64,000 bases of DNA from Octopus sinensis. Its lineage: Eukaryota. The stretch is taken from NCBI RefSeq assembly GCF_006345805.1, contig NC_043019.1, forward strand, positions 11,345,360 through 11,409,359, written 5' to 3'. Shown in pieces: positions 63,247-64,000 of this stretch. The stretch's first letter is position 1. Each line of letters starts with the position of its first letter. Below the pieces are notes generated by a model. The model ran no database searches and was not told where the DNA came from. It saw only the letters and a list, made by a program, of their open reading frames with translations. The position numbers were made by a program, and so were the translations under genes.

Positions 63247-64000
63247 GTGAGTGTGCGGTTTGATCATCTTACCACGTAGATTCAGATTACAGGGGGTTGC
63301 CACTAGATGCTCAACAGGCAACTAAAGAGGCACGTCAGCTGCCCTGGACATACATGACAGATACAACTAGGGGTTAACTCCAACAACTTCAGACTGGAGT
63401 GCACCCTCAATGCTCTTGCTAAAGGTTGATACTCAGGAGGCAACTATCTCATGTTGGTGCAGAGATAACAGGAAATGATGATTCCATATAAGGCGGCGAG
63501 CTGGCAGAAACGTTAGCACGCCAGGCGAAATGCTTAGCAGTATTTCGTCTGGCGTTACGTTGTGAGTTCAAATTCCGCCGTGGTTGACTTTGCCTTTCAT
63601 CCTTTCGGGGTCGATAAATAAAGTACCAGTTACGCCCTGGAGTCGGTGTAATCGACTTAATCCCTTTCTCTGTCCTTGTTTGTCCCCTCTATGTTTAGCC
63701 CCTTGTAGGCAATAAAGAAATAAAAATCGTCAACACGCCGGGTGAAATGCTTAGTGGTATTTCGTCTGCCGTTATGTTCTGAGTTCAAATTCCGCCGAGG
63801 TCAACTTTGCCTTTCAACCTTTCGGGGTCGATTAAATAAGTACCAGTTATGCACTGGGGTCGATGTAATCGACTTAATCCATTTGTCTGTCCTTGTTTGT
63901 CCCCTCAATGTTTAGCCCCTTGTAGACAATAAAGAAATAAAAATCGTTAGCATGCCGGGAGAAATGCTTAGCAGTATTTCATCTGCCGTTACGTTCTGAG

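Overview
This is AT-rich, repeat-dense eukaryotic DNA, almost certainly from an octopus; the SINE repertoire resembles the octopus OK/OR1/OR2 families. One protein-coding gene is visible: a choline transporter-like protein (SLC44A/CTL, closest to CTL1) on the + strand. I reconstructed 17 GT-AG exons from 28434 to 63246 by hand. Their phases match, giving 1674 nt / 558 codons with no stop. The 3' end lies beyond the window and the first coding exon is uncertain. Everything else is intron or upstream DNA filled with tRNA-derived SINEs, piggyBac-type and other MITEs, Helitron/Helentron, Tigger, RTE and Dong/R4 remnants, and micro/minisatellites. The most striking observation is a dense set of minimal type-I hammerhead ribozyme motifs: about 8 unrelated sequence families and about 15 copies. 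They sit in Penelope-like (PLE) terminal fragments that are usually folded back on themselves and inserted at (TA)n tracts. Across families the C3-G8 catalytic tertiary pair co-varies (C-G, U-A, G-C), which argues that the fold is under selection. Nearly all ORFs in the supplied track are microsatellite or SINE artefacts. All motif calls were made by eye; no folding, alignment or database search was run.
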